Shown: piece by piece, positions 39,196 through 56,164 of the stretch
Layout of the letters: each line of letters begins with the position of its first letter
Position numbering within the stretch: position 1 is the stretch's first letter
NCBI GenBank assembly: GCA_002104945.1
Contig: MCFH01000041.1
Coordinates: 248,001-312,000, forward strand
From: Piromyces finnis finn
Taxonomy: Eukaryota; Fungi; Neocallimastigomycota
Reading direction: 5' to 3'
DNA length: 64,000 bases
The notes under the pieces: generated by a model
What the model was told of the DNA's origin: nothing
Database searches by the model: none
What the model saw: only the letters and a program-made list of their open reading frames with translations
Translations under genes and position numbers: made by a program

Positions 39196-42100
39196 TATTA
39201 TTATTATTATTCATTATACACTATCATAATATTTATTTAATAAACATAGAACAATAATAATACAAATACTATATAAAAAATTTTAATATATAAAATTTTA
39301 ATTTGTATTTTTTTTAATTTTTTTTTTCCTTTAAAAGATTATTTTTCATTATTACTATTAAAGGTTATATTACAATATATGTTTTTTCCACATAAATTAA
39401 TTTACCTCATTAAAAAAATATATAATTTTTCTATTATTGTTTTTATTAGTATACCAAATTAGAGTCAACTTGATACTTTATATATTTTTTTATTTGGCAC
39501 AATACAAAACATATTATAATAAAAATAAAATAAATAATAGTTTTATTTATTAGCAATAAAACCGTTATTAATAAATACTATAAATATTTGATAGTTTTTC
39601 AATTATTAATTAAAAGATTATTAAATAGTTTGTTTTTTATTTCTTTAATTTTCCAGTTAAATAAACATTAAAGATCAAAAGTAATATAAAACACTTTTAA
39701 AACATTGATAATAAAAAATAAACATATAATCATCATTTTTCTAATTATAAATATTATTTTTAGGTTCATATAACTTTTTTTAATTAATATAACCATACAT
39801 ATTACACTTTATTTTAATTATAATATTAAAATGCATATAGTGGTTTAATGAATATTATGGTAAAGTGTTAAAAATAAAATAAAATTTATGTAATTCATAT
39901 GTAAAGTATTATAATTTTTTATGCATAAAGAATACTATTATTAATATATGCAATTTATTTTTTATTGTAGAGAATGTTGCCAACTATACATTTAGTATAA
40001 CTTTTTATAAAACAATGTCCATAATATAAACTAGGTTGATTGTAATAAAAATTGGTAAAAATAATTATTTATTTTATTTGTATGAGCTAAAAACCTATCT
40101 CTTTTTGTATTGCTATATAAACGATTTAAACTTGCTTTTCGTATTATTTATTTATAACAATTATTTTATAAAGTATTTTATTAAAGTTTCTTAATATAAA
40201 CAAAAGTAAATTTTTAATTATTATTTTATAATTCCTCAACCTTTCATTATGAAGCTCATTTATTGAGTTATGATTATATGTCACATGAATGTCACATTAA
40301 TATGATTCAGATAAATATTATAAATTAAAGTTTTCTGTCAATAAAAAAAAACTTCCACATATTTATGAAGGAAAAGACCTTTTATTATTAAGGAAAAGAC
40401 AAATAATTATATTGAAAATGATTAAATTACTTTTTTTATTAACATTACTATTTTATTTATTATCAAATGTAGTAACAATGATAAATCTTTTTAATAAAAG
40501 AAAAGTCAAACAATGTTTGTTCATTATAATTTTTAATTGAAAAAAAAAAAGTTTATATTCAAAAGATAAAAAGTATTAATTATTAATTATAAAATTAAAA
40601 ATAAAGTTTTATTTTTATTAATTTTATTTTTTATAGAATGTTACTATACTTTTAGGAATTTTTTAAAGAGTTTTTAAAGTATAAATAAAATCCTATTTCA
40701 ATTAATATAAAGAAAAACAAAAATATTCGTTGTAGCCTTAAATACCAACCATTTTAAGTGGTTAAAACAATATTTTTTTTTATTAATGAAACTATTTTAT
40801 TTCTTAATTTTAATTATTATATTTATAAATCCTTTGACTTTTCTATTTTGAAATAAATCATTCTTTCTTTTTGTAGTTCTGGTAGTTCTGGTAGGAAAAC
40901 CAGCTAAAAAACAAAGAAAGGCAGTTGGTAGTTAATTTTTTTTTCTTTAATTTTTGACTGATTTTTAATTCATTTCATTTCCTAATTTAGAAAGTCATTT
41001 TCTTTATTTTTAAGGGATTAAATTTTCATTTTTTAATTAATATATTAATATATTTTACATAACTGGTAACTAAATAAAGTTTTAGTATTCCAATATATTA
41101 CGCTATATATTAAAACTATTTAGAGTATCAGCATACGTTCAACCTATGATGATAACAATATCATCCTTTTTTTCATTTACAATATAATACAATATATTAT
41201 TCAATATAATAAGTATATGGAACAAATTGCTATAATTGAATTTTTTAATATTAAAACTTTTGATATTGGCAGAGTAAAAAAAGATAACAAACTATTTCTT
41301 GTAAATCTCCTATTTAAATTTAATATATATAAACAATATACTTACAATATATTATTTAAACCTATATAAATTAATTTTTAACAACTAAAAGTAAATTAAC
41401 TTTATTATAATGTAAATTAAATATTTATATATTATATGTTATATTTAAACATATATTAATAATATATTTAATTTAAAATCTTAAATACTTTAAATAATTA
41501 AAAATTTGACATTTTTTCAAAAAAAAAAAAAAAATAGAAATTTAAAATTCAACTTTTTATTTATTTTAAAATGACAAAGTATTAAGAGTAATTAAAATAA
41601 TAATAACTCATTTTAATTTAAGGATTTAGAGTCTATAAAAGACTTGATAAAAAAGGGAAATAATAATAATATAAATAGTAGCAAAACTACGAGAAGTAGG
41701 AAAAAGAGAAATCCCTTAAAAAGTATATTTTATATTTATAATTTATTTTATTAAATCATATTCTTTTATTGAATAAATGCCAAATTAATATTTATTAAAT
41801 ATTACATTTCATAATAAAGTTAAAAAAAAAAAAAAAAAAAAAAGAAAAATTAATAATATTTTAATTTTCAAAATTAAAGTAAAATAATGTAAAATTTAAA
41901 ATATAAACAAAATATAATAATATCATGATATTTTCCTTATAAATACAATATTTTATTTTCTTATGGCTATTTAATAATTAAAGAAAAGAAAAATAAAATA
42001 TAAATATATAGTGAATTATATACAGTGATATGAAATTACCCTTTAATTTATTTATTTAATTTATTTATTTAATTATGAAAATTATAATGAATTACTTAAC

Positions 42101-43066
42101 TTATAAAATAATGATATATATGAAAAATTTCTGTTATAATTCAATATTTATATAGAAGTAATACAAATTATTTATCTATCTAAAAATAAGAGATATAGCT
42201 ACGTTTAATAATTTAATTAAAAAAAAAAAGGTAGAATTTTATTATAAAATATTATTTTAAAATTATTAAAACATTAAATTCTAATTACATTTATATATAT
42301 ATATTTGAATAGAATTTTATATATCAATATTTTAATTATAATTAACAATATTATATAAAATCAAAACTATATAAATCAGTATTATTACAATAATAACAAC
42401 AATAACCAAAAAAATATATCATTTATTTTATATCGAAATATTTTATATATATTCATTATCAATTATTAATTTATTAAATTTATCAAACTTTTTAGTTTTC
42501 ACGCCATTTAAATTAAACATTCAGAAAAAATTATTTTTTATAAATATTAAAACAAAATTTTGTTAAAAAAATTATCACAAAAAAAACTATTTTTTTTAAA
42601 AAGATTAAAATTATAGTTTTTATTTTTAATTATCACAAAAATAATATTAAATTATTCATACTTAACATTTAAATATTTAGTAATAATAACATTTTTTTTT
42701 ATTAAAAAAAAGAATGCATTTATTATGAAAATAAATAATTTATATTTTTAATAATATATTAATAAATTTTATAAAAAAAGTAATTTTAACAGTAACTATA
42801 AATTGAAGATAAAAAAATTAAAAAAAAAAAAAGCCAAAAAACAGCAACAACCCTAATAATAATAACAATTTTTTTTAAAAAAAAATACATTAAATATTAT
42901 ACAACTATTTTTGATATCAGAACCAACAATAAACCAACAATAAACCAACAATACATTATCTTTTCAAATAACTATCCAAAAAATTATTTTACATATATAT
43001 TATTTTTCTCGTCACAAAAATATCATAAATTATACCATTTTTACTTTAAATTAATATAATAATATC

Positions 43067-44704
43067 ATGGACAACTATATAATAATAAAAAAAATTGGAT
43101 CAGGCTCTTTTGCCACAGTTTACTTGGCTCAAAAGGACCAACAATTATATGCATTGAAAGTTATAAATAAAACTGAAATAACAGCTGTTTATGAACAAAA
43201 GTTAAATAATGAAATTCATATTTTAAAGGTAAAAATTTATAAATTAAAAAAAAAAAAAAAAACGAAAAAAGTTAAATATAATTTTAATATTTTTATAATA
43301 TTTTTTTTTTTTTTTTATAGAAAATCAATCATCCAAATATAGTAAAATTATATGATGTTATTGAAACATCTGAGTCCTATTATTTAATTTTAGAATATAT
43401 ATCTGGTGGGGATTTATATGACTTAGTTACTTCACCCGATTTTCCTAAATTACAAATTAATGACAAAAAAAAGATTTTTAATCAAATTACAGGAGGTAAT
43501 TAATTCTATATTTATTAAGATATATATATAAAAAAAGATATAAATTATGTAATATTAATATATTTAAATAAAATGTTTTCGTATAATTTGAAAATTAAAT
43601 ACATTAGCTGTTCAATATCTTCATGAAAATAACATTTCACATGCTGATTTAAAATTAGAAAATGTATTAATCGACAAAGATAGAAATATAAAATTAACAG
43701 ATTTTAATTTGGCTTATGAATATAATGAAGGAGAACAAAATAACTTAAGATGTGGTAGTTTAGAGTAAGTGGAATTTTTTTTTTTTTTTGAATTTTATTT
43801 TATTTTTTTTTAAAAAGATAATCATATAGTTAAATTTATTAGGACAAATTAATAATAATGATAAATGAAATTATTTTATAATTTTAGATATGCTGCACCA
43901 GAAATTATTTTAGGAAAAATACATTATCCATGTCCATCAGATGTTTGGGCATTAGGTGTTATTTTATATATTCTTCAATATGGTGAATTTCCATTTCAAC
44001 AATCTCAAGGAAAATCACCTTATTCTCTTTATATGAAAATTGCTCAAGCAAAATATGAATTCCCTGAAATTGATATTGATGGCATTGTAAATTCAAATAC
44101 AAATATACAAATGAATGAAAATAAGACAAAAGATCTTCATAGTTATTCAAGTTTAACTAATTTAAAAATGCTCCCATTAAGACCATTAACTGATTTAAAT
44201 AGTTCAAATGCATTACAAGCAAGTCCCTTTCAATCAAGTACGGATACATTAAACTATAATCAATATGGATCGATTGATAATATTGAAATTATAAATAAAT
44301 TAAAAAATGAAAAAGAAGGAAATGAATTCTCTACAAATATTGAAAATGCAAAAACATTAGAAGCTCTTGATTGTTATGGTCAATGCCCAGATTTTAATGC
44401 CTACATGAATGAATCTGAATTAGATTCTAATACTGATGATGAGGATTCCAGTAATAAAGAAGATACTAATAATGATTTATTATTTGTGAAATCAAGTACT
44501 TTTCCTCGCAAAAGTCGTAGTTTAAATAGTAAAGCAATTCGTGATTATAATGAAAAACTTATAAGAAAAGATATAGATGAATTAAAAGATCTTATTCAAA
44601 AAATATTAAAACCTGATCCTAGTAAACGAGCTACTATACCAGAAATATTAAAACATCCGTGGGCAAATAATAATCTTCAATTGAGAAAAAGATTTTATCT
44701 ATGA
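43067..44704 (+). CDS. Ser/Thr protein kinase, CAMK-group-like (AMPK/MARK-related), ~436 aa, 4 exons
   Basis: Exons 43067-43228, 43321-43495, 43608-43764, 43888-44704. Motifs IGSGSFATV, YALKVI, NHPNIVKL, HADLKLEN, TDFNLA, CGSLEYAAPE, SDVWALGVILY and PDPSKRATI...HPW. Confidence 0.92.
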
Positions 44705-45284
44705 TTTTTTTTTCTTAAATTTGAATATATATATATATATATATATATTATATTGATTTTATTCAAATTTAAAAAAAGAAGAGTTGAAAATAAGGAATGT
44801 GGATTAGAATAATTTAATTTTATAATTACCAATATAATTAAAACCCTTTTATTCCCTAAAAGTGCCTTTTTTTTTTCTTATTTTTTTGATATATAAATCA
44901 CATTTTTGAGGAAATATATAATATAGAAAATAATAATTTTTTTATTTGTATTAAAAATACTATAAATAAATTTAATATTATTATTTATCCTTTATTTTTT
45001 TTTTTTTTTTTTATTTTTTCAATAATATATAATATTTTTATCTTTTTATATTATACCTTTTTATTATTATTTTTTTGACATACCTTTATATTTTAAATAT
45101 ATTTATTTTTATGTAACCAGGAGAAAATAACAACTACAGCAATAATATTAAAAAACACAAAAAAATAAAAATAAAAAAAAAAAAAATAGAAATATTTTTA
45201 ATAAATAAATGCCATACTGTTATTTTTATAAAAAAAAAGAAAAAAAAGATAATAATAAGAATATATTCTGACATTAACGAAAAA

Positions 45285-45316
<32 letters not shown>

Positions 45317-45843
45317 AACAAAGAAATAAATAATAAATCCTTTTTTATTATAATATTTTTATTATTTAAACTACAGTATTATTGTATATTTTATTATATC
45401 AAATGAAATTGAATTAGTTGATGTAATAGAAATATTTAATAATAAATAACAATTTTGAAAAAAAAAAAATAATAAACGAAACCTAATAATAATAATAAAA
45501 AACAATTACTGTATTAAAATAAAAGGACTTAAAAAGAAAAAAAAAAAAACTTATTTAATATATATAAAGAAAAATAAAAAAGTTTTAAAAGTACAAAGCA
45601 TATTTTAAATTATATGGGTATTATAATTAATTTTTATCATTAAAAAAAAAAAATTTTTTTTATAAATGTTTTATCCACTTTTTATTTTTTAATATAAAAT
45701 TACTACAAAAATAATATTAAAAAATACAGAATGTAGAATAGGACTAAATCATTAAAATTTCTATTATTGAGAAATGATTTGATTTTCTTTTTCTTTTTTT
45801 TATATGTTTAAAATATAATATTTAATAGCATATTATTTTAAAG

Positions 45844-46507
45844 TTATTTCTTTTTTCCTTTGTTATTTTTCTTTTTCCTTTGATTTTGTTTCTTTTTTAA
45901 ATCTTTTTTAAATCTTTTTTCTAATTCTATTCTATCTTCTTCCATTGTTGTTTTTTCGCCACTTCCACTTTCTTTTCTTTCCTTATCAATGAAGTGATAG
46001 GATTCTTTTTTATATTGTTGAGCTTCAGATTTATCAATTCTTTGTTTACATATCTTTGAATGATCTTCAGGTAATCTATTATTTGTAAAAAAAAATTAGC
46101 AACAATACCTGTTATTAAGACTTGGGGACATAATAAAAATACTTTATAGTTTAACTATTATTACCTATGTTTAATACAATATTTCTTTTCACATTGATGA
46201 CATAACATCCCAGTTAATGTTATTTTAGCTTTACAGCCTTTTACAGGACAAAGTGAAGGATCTTTGATATTTTCAACATTAGGACTTTTTTTTTTTATTT
46301 TAATATAATAATATTAAATTATACATATATATTTTTTTTTAGCTTAACTTGTTTCGACAAATGTAATTTTATTTTTTTAACTTTTTTTTCTTTCTCTCTT
46401 TTTTATATTAAAAAAAAAAGGAAAAGAAATTATATTTTAAAATATATTTACTTTTCAATTTTACTTAATAATTTGTCAATTTCATCATCTTTATTTGAAT
46501 CTTTCAT
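45844..46507 (-). CDS. AN1-type zinc-finger protein resembling the IGHMBP2 C-terminus, ~135 aa, 3 exons
   Basis: Exons 46507-46452, 46284-46165, 46075-45844. CPVKGCKAKITLTGMLCHQCEKKYCIKHRLPEDHSKIC fits zf-AN1 and is followed by GSG and a basic helix. The start codon is uncertain because an upstream AG acceptor at ~46517 suggests further 5' exons. Confidence 0.8.
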
Positions 46508-47470
46508 TGTTATATACTACATTTTATTCAATATATATTTATTAATTAATATATAGTAATAAATGGTTTATGAATCATACTATATTTTATTTATTTATGT
46601 AGATTTTTTTTTTTTTTTTTTTTTTTTTAAATATATTAGTGTCTTACTCTTTAAAAATCACCTATAAATTATATTATACAAAAAACAAAAATAAAGATTC
46701 TTTTTTTTTTTTTTTTTTTTTTTAAAAAAGTCTCCAATCTTTAAATATTAAACATAAACAATTAATTTTAACCATATGAAAAAAAAAGAACTTTAATGAA
46801 ACTGATGGTGTTTTAAATAAATATATATATTTTATTATTTTATTTAAATTATAAATTATATATATTATAATAAAATTAATACTAATGTAATAATAATTCT
46901 TAAAATGAAGCTTATATCTATTGTATAAAATAACAAGAATAATGTATGTTAAAATATTGAAAGAAGATTAATTTTGAAACATTTGAATATAATAAAGGAA
47001 AAAAAGTTTAATTTTAATATTGTAAAGTATAAATTGGTAAATAAATAAATAAATAAAAAATAAAAAAATAACATAAAAAAGCAAAAACAAAAAAACGATT
47101 ATATATTGTGTGTATAAAATAAAAATAAATATAGTATTGTATGTATAAATATATATATTTAAAAAATAAAGAATGAAAAACAAAATTGCTATTAATGACT
47201 AATAATTCTTGTAAAAAAATATGTATTGATAAATATATATATATATATTTTGTATTGCCTATTAAAAATTATCTATTTATGTATGCTTATAGAATTGAAA
47301 TAGAAATTTCATAAATTTCATAAATTGATGGTTGAATGAATAAATATATAATTTAAAAGTGTTATTATTAAAAAATAATATTTTATAATGTATTTGTATT
47401 CCATTAATTTTTTTTAAGGTATTGGTAAAGATATATTATTTAAGATTATTGACAGTAAAAGGAAAAGAAT

Positions 47471-50715
<3,245 letters not shown>

Positions 50716-50886
50716 GTTGATTGATAATTAATATCTAGTGAATGGTAAAGTAGGATGTTTTCCAAATGAAAAAAAATCTATTTATATATATATTATAATA
50801 TTTATTATTGATCTCTTTGATAATATTTGAAATTATTAAGGGTACTATTGTTGCAGTTTATTATTATTACGTTATTATCTTATTTA

Positions 50887-50919
<33 letters not shown>

Positions 50920-51814
50920 TTTAGTTAAAAAATTATTTTTTCAAAATCAAAAAAAAAAATTCTTTTTACAAAAAATTTGTTTAGGTTTATATTTTTAAAT
51001 AATCTTAATACTATTATTTTAAACAATACTAAAGAATTTTATTTATATTATTTTTATACAAAGTAAAAAATATTTCATAAAAATCAAAATTTAAAATCAA
51101 ACTAAAAACCATATAATGTTGGTTATTCATTTATTTTAAAATTTCCTTAACTTATTTTACTATTAATTTATTTCAATTTTCAGTGACTTAATATTTATAA
51201 TAAAGTATATTATTATTCCAATAAAAAAGCTATCTTTTTTCATGTTTGAAAATTTATTTTACTATGTGAAAACCTTAAAAAGTATATATTTCAATTTAAT
51301 CCTTTAATAAAACTATAAAACTATTTTATTGTTTAATAAGTTATTAAATACTAAAAAGTTTTGTCCCAGGGTAAAACTAGTAATAGATTTTTTTTTTTTT
51401 AAAATTATCAATTATAAATAATTTCATATTATTTTATTAAGTAACTTTGATAATTTATTGTTTTTTTTTTTATTCATTTATCTTTTATTTTATTCAGTTT
51501 AAAATAAAAATTATTTTTTTTTGTTTTTAGATAATAAAATATATTTATAAAGTATAAATATATAAATAATCTTATATTTGAACAAGTTTATAATAGGAAT
51601 ACTATCAATTTTAAGTAAAACAAAAAAATAAAAATCCAAATATAAAATAATAATTAAATATTTTAATAATAAATTTTTACTTTTGATTTTAAAAAAAAAT
51701 TGTTACACAAAACCATATAATTTTTGAAAAAAAAAGGAAAGAAATTTTAATAAATATTGTTAATATAACCTACCATTGTAAAAAAGTTAAAATTCTTTAA
51801 TAGAATTAAACACA

Positions 51815-52695
51815 ATGAGTCTGGACGTAAGCTTTTTTATATATAATCTTAATAACAACATTATCCTTGTATAATTTTCAAATTTTACTTTTATCAAATT
51901 ACATTTAAATTTCAAAATTATTAAATATTTCTTTTTATTTAAAATTTAAATATTATATAAATCTTTTTTTTTATTAATTATAATTTGTTATTGTTTTAAT
52001 ATTATTTTAATATTGTGGTTTAATTTATAAAATAAAATGTAATTTCATTAACTTTTATTTATTTTCCAGAAAAAGGTATCTGGAATAGGGCCTTTTAAAT
52101 TTAGAAATAAAAATGATTTAGAAACTGCCAATTTTTTAAATTCATTCAAGGATAGGAATTATAAATTTGAATATGAACCTGAAAATCAAGAAGATATACA
52201 ACATATCTCAAATTCATTATTTTATTATAATTTAATAGAAAAGTATACCATTAATTATTCAACAAAAACAATTGATACTAATTCACAATTCAATTATGAA
52301 AAACTCTCATCATCGTCAGGTTATAGTAATACTTTAAGAGATAATTGTAAAAAGGAATTAAATAAAAAAGAATTATCTTCTCAAATAAAAACGGAAACTG
52401 AAAATACTTCAAATAAAAACTATTCAACAGTTAATTCTTTGAGAAGCAATAAAAAAGATACTTCTATAAGTAAATATTTTAGTAATGTTAATAATAAAAA
52501 TAATCCATTATCAACTTTGAAATTTCCAACAAGTCAAAATTCCAATACAACAGTAAAAGAAAATCTAAATCAAAATAATGAGAAAAAAATAAATAATGTT
52601 ATTAAAGAAAATGAAATAAATAACCAAAGCGAAAAAGAAAATAATACACCTGCCAAGATTTCTGATATATTAGTAAATTAAGCATAAATAATATT

Positions 52696-52735
<40 letters not shown>

Positions 52736-53770
52736 GAAGGAAAGGAAAAAGAAAATTAATATCTTTTTTAATATGTAAATTTTTTAATAAATATATAGAA
52801 AAATGTTAAAATTGTGATTAGTGGTATTCAAAATCCAGAAAGAGAAAAAATAAGAAATTTAGGTTAGTTTTATTATCAAATAAAATTTACATTTATAATA
52901 CAAACAATTTCAAAATAATTTTGAAGAATAATGTAATTTCATATTTTCGTAATACACATAAACTAGTAATTGAAATGGGTGCAAAATATGAACCTCAATG
53001 GACGGATTCAGCGACACATTTAATTTGTCCAATTAAAGGAACACCAAAATACAATGAAGTGAAAAGTATATAAATAATTTTACTTTAATATATGCCACTA
53101 AATTCATTAAAGAATATTAAATTAATTTTTATAATATTTAAATATAAAGAACAAGGTCGTGGTATTATTGTTAAACCTGAATGGATATATAAATGTTATG
53201 AACAAAAGAAACGCCTGTCAGAGAAAGATTATTCCTTTGAAAATCAAGTTTCAGATACTTCTAGTACCAAAAATCAATCAACCGAGAAAGTTAATAATAC
53301 CAGAAATTTCATAAATGATAATACAGATAGTAAAAAAGAAGAGAAAGATGATATATTAAATAAAATTAACAATAATAATGATGATAGTGCTAATTTTGAT
53401 AAAGTAAAAAAACTAAAACAAATAAATTGTAAGTATTAAATAAAAATCACCCTTATTATTTAAATGATAGTAATTAATATTAAATATATTTTTTTTTTTT
53501 CAAATAGGTATTTTGAATATTCCAAATATTTTTAATAATCTTTACTTTTTCTTTGATAAATCAATACTTGAAAAAACAAGAAAGGAATTGGAAAGATATG
53601 TTTTAGGTCATGGAGGAAAAATTCTGAATAACATAAATAGTAAGGTTACCCATTATTGTACTATGAAATCATCAAATGAAATTATAATTCCTGATGATAT
53701 CACATTTAATGGAAGCATTATAAATCCTTCTTATATAATTAATTGTCATAACCAAAATCGTGTATTATAA
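51815..53770 (+). CDS. XRCC1: XRCC1-like DNA-repair scaffold with two BRCT domains, ~439 aa, 6 exons
   Basis: Exons 51815-51826, 52070-52672, 52799-52862, 52967-53065, 53150-53428, 53508-53770. BRCT1 reads VISGIQNPEREKIRNLVIEMGAKYEPQWTDSATHLIC...TPKYNEV...IVKPEWIYKC, tracking XRCC1 (LSGFQNP...GAKY.PDW...THLIC...TPKY). BRCT2 reads PNIFNNLYFFF...RKELERYV...INPSYIINC. The 5' end is less certain. Confidence 0.85.
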
Positions 53771-54151
53771 TCTTTTGAGTGTTTTTTTTTTTTTTTATGT
53801 ATATATATAATAATATTAAAATTTTATTTTTAGTAATATATATTTACTTTTTTTATTAATTTAAAAGATAAATAAAAATTATCCAAAAATTTACCAAATA
53901 AGATTTTCTTAATACCATAAAAACTCATATTAATCTTTTTAATAAATAATATTAAAAATCAAGAAAAAAAATTATTGATTGGTGGTTATTGTTGAAAAAA
54001 TCTAAAAAAAATAAATATTTAAAATTAACAATTTTTTGATAATTATTAAAAGAAATTGTAGTTATTAAGGGTTGATTTACAATTTCTTATTAATTATAAA
54101 AATTATATATATTGTAATAAAACATTTTCCCTCTCAATATAACAATTAAAG

Positions 54152-54463
54152 ATGTCAAGAGGAGGACGTGGAAGAGGAAGAGGTCGTGCGGATAGTAAAT
54201 TCCCAACCTTTGAAGGTCAAATTCAATTTGCATCAGCTCCACCACCATTATTTCCAGTAAATTTCGAATTTCGAATTTTAGAATTTCATTTTTTTTTTTT
54301 TACTATATTTCTTTTAACATTTATTTAATTGAAATCATGCAATGCTTAAAGCAATTTTAGAATGTTAATTTAACACTATTATATATACCATTTTATATAT
54401 AACAAATAAGAAATGGTATTATACAAAATAATAAAAGTAATTCGAAAATGTTAATTTTGCACC

Positions 54464-54500
<37 letters not shown>

Positions 54501-55701
54501 GGAAGAATAAGAAATTGTTTATTTTAAACATACAGTTATTAGTTTTATATACCAAAAAAAAAAAAAAAAATAGTAGTTCATTTTCATTTATGTAGATGTT
54601 ATAGGTTTTAAATTAATTCTTATTAACAAAATAATAAATCAGAAATATCAAAAAATATAATTAATCATATATAATTTTTATATATCATGAATTATAATAG
54701 AACTATGAAATGCCACCACCACCAGAAATTAATAAAGATGAAGAAGAATTTTTAGATATGTATAGAGATTTCCAACAAAAATTAAAAGACTCTGTTTATT
54801 ACTTAGATGAAGACAAATCAACAACATGTAAAAATCAATAAATTAAGAAAAAAAAAAAAAACTTTTTTTAAAAGAAGTAATAATTTTAAAAATTAATAAA
54901 TTATATTTAATTTTATATAATTAGTCTTCCACCAATATAGTGATAGATTTAGAAAGAAGAAGTTAGCTAAGGATATTAAAACCATTCCAGCAGGTATATT
55001 AAATTTCTTTTTTTTGTAAAAATATAACAATAGTACATATTAAAATAATTTCTTAAATTAATACCCATATATATGTTTGTCCATATTTATCCATATAATA
55101 AATACAATAAAAGACAATCTAGCATTATTCCCAGAAGAACTTCACAAAATAAAGGATCCAACAAAGAGAATAAGTTAGTTTTTCTTTATTTTTTCTTAAA
55201 AAAAAAAAAAAAAAATACATATTTATATTTTATTTTTATTTAATAAAAACAGTAAAGAAGAAGGTTAAAAAAGAATTCACTAGTAAATTATTCGATGCTC
55301 TCGAAAAGGAAGAAGATAAAGAAAATAAATCTGATGTAATATATATATATATAAGGATAAAGAAAAAAAGAGAAAAAATTAACATCTTTGTTCATATATA
55401 AAAAACAATAGGTTAATAAACTTATGGTTGATGAAGAAGAAAATATAGGAAATGAAATCATCGAAGATGATGAAGATGATGAAGAAGAAAATGATTATAT
55501 TGAAGATCACTATGCCGAAGAGGATGATATTGAAGATGATATGAATGGTATACTTATATCAATATTTATATATCATTAATCTTGCATTATAATGATTTAA
55601 TATAAATTATAATATAATATAAATAAATAATAATATATAAATATATATATATATTTTTATTTTATATATCCTGAAAATTAGATGAAGATACCTATGAATA
55701 A
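54152..55701 (+). CDS. RPC31: RNA polymerase III subunit C31 (RPC7/POLR3G family), ~199 aa, 7 exons
   Basis: Exons 54152-54256, 54701-54827, 54925-54993, 55114-55173, 55253-55335, 55412-55547, 55682-55701. Features are an RGG-rich N-terminus, PPPLFP, YSDRF, FPEEL and an acidic tail with NDYIEDHY. Confidence 0.9.
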
Positions 55702-56164
55702 TGAAGAAAATATTAAATACTAGAAATACTTTAATGTTAATATTTTTTAAACATAAAATGATATCTATACTGTTTAAAAAAAAAAAAATTTCATAATATA
55801 CATCAGTCAACAACATTCTTTTTATTTTATTAAACATAATAAATAATAATAATATACATATTTTAATAATTCGCTTCATTTATTATCTATAAATGACAAG
55901 ATTTAAAACAATATATTTATAATAGAGTTAAAAAAAAAAAAAAAAAAGAAAAAAATACCTCTAAAAAATAAAATAAAAAAAAATATATATAAAAGTATAA
56001 AAATTATTATTCCCATTTTTTATAATTGTTATTTTTATTTTATTTGTGAATTTCTGTGTTTTTATTATTATTATTATTTTTTTTTTTATTTTTTTTTTTT
56101 TATTTATTTTTGTTAGTTATTTTTCATTAATTGAAGTATTTTATATTAATTTATAAAAAATTAT

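Noticed and set aside
40860-41720. Short GC-richer patches (ttctggtagttctggtagg...; KKDDIVIIIG* on minus; SSKTTRSRKKRNP)
   Set aside because: They cannot be joined into a consistent gene, and the RT-like DD resemblance is too weak.
46349-46397. Possible extra exon (KEKEKKVKKIKLHLSKQ) in the AN1 gene
   Set aside because: It ends in phase 0 while the next exon needs phase 2. Skipping it gives a clean frame.
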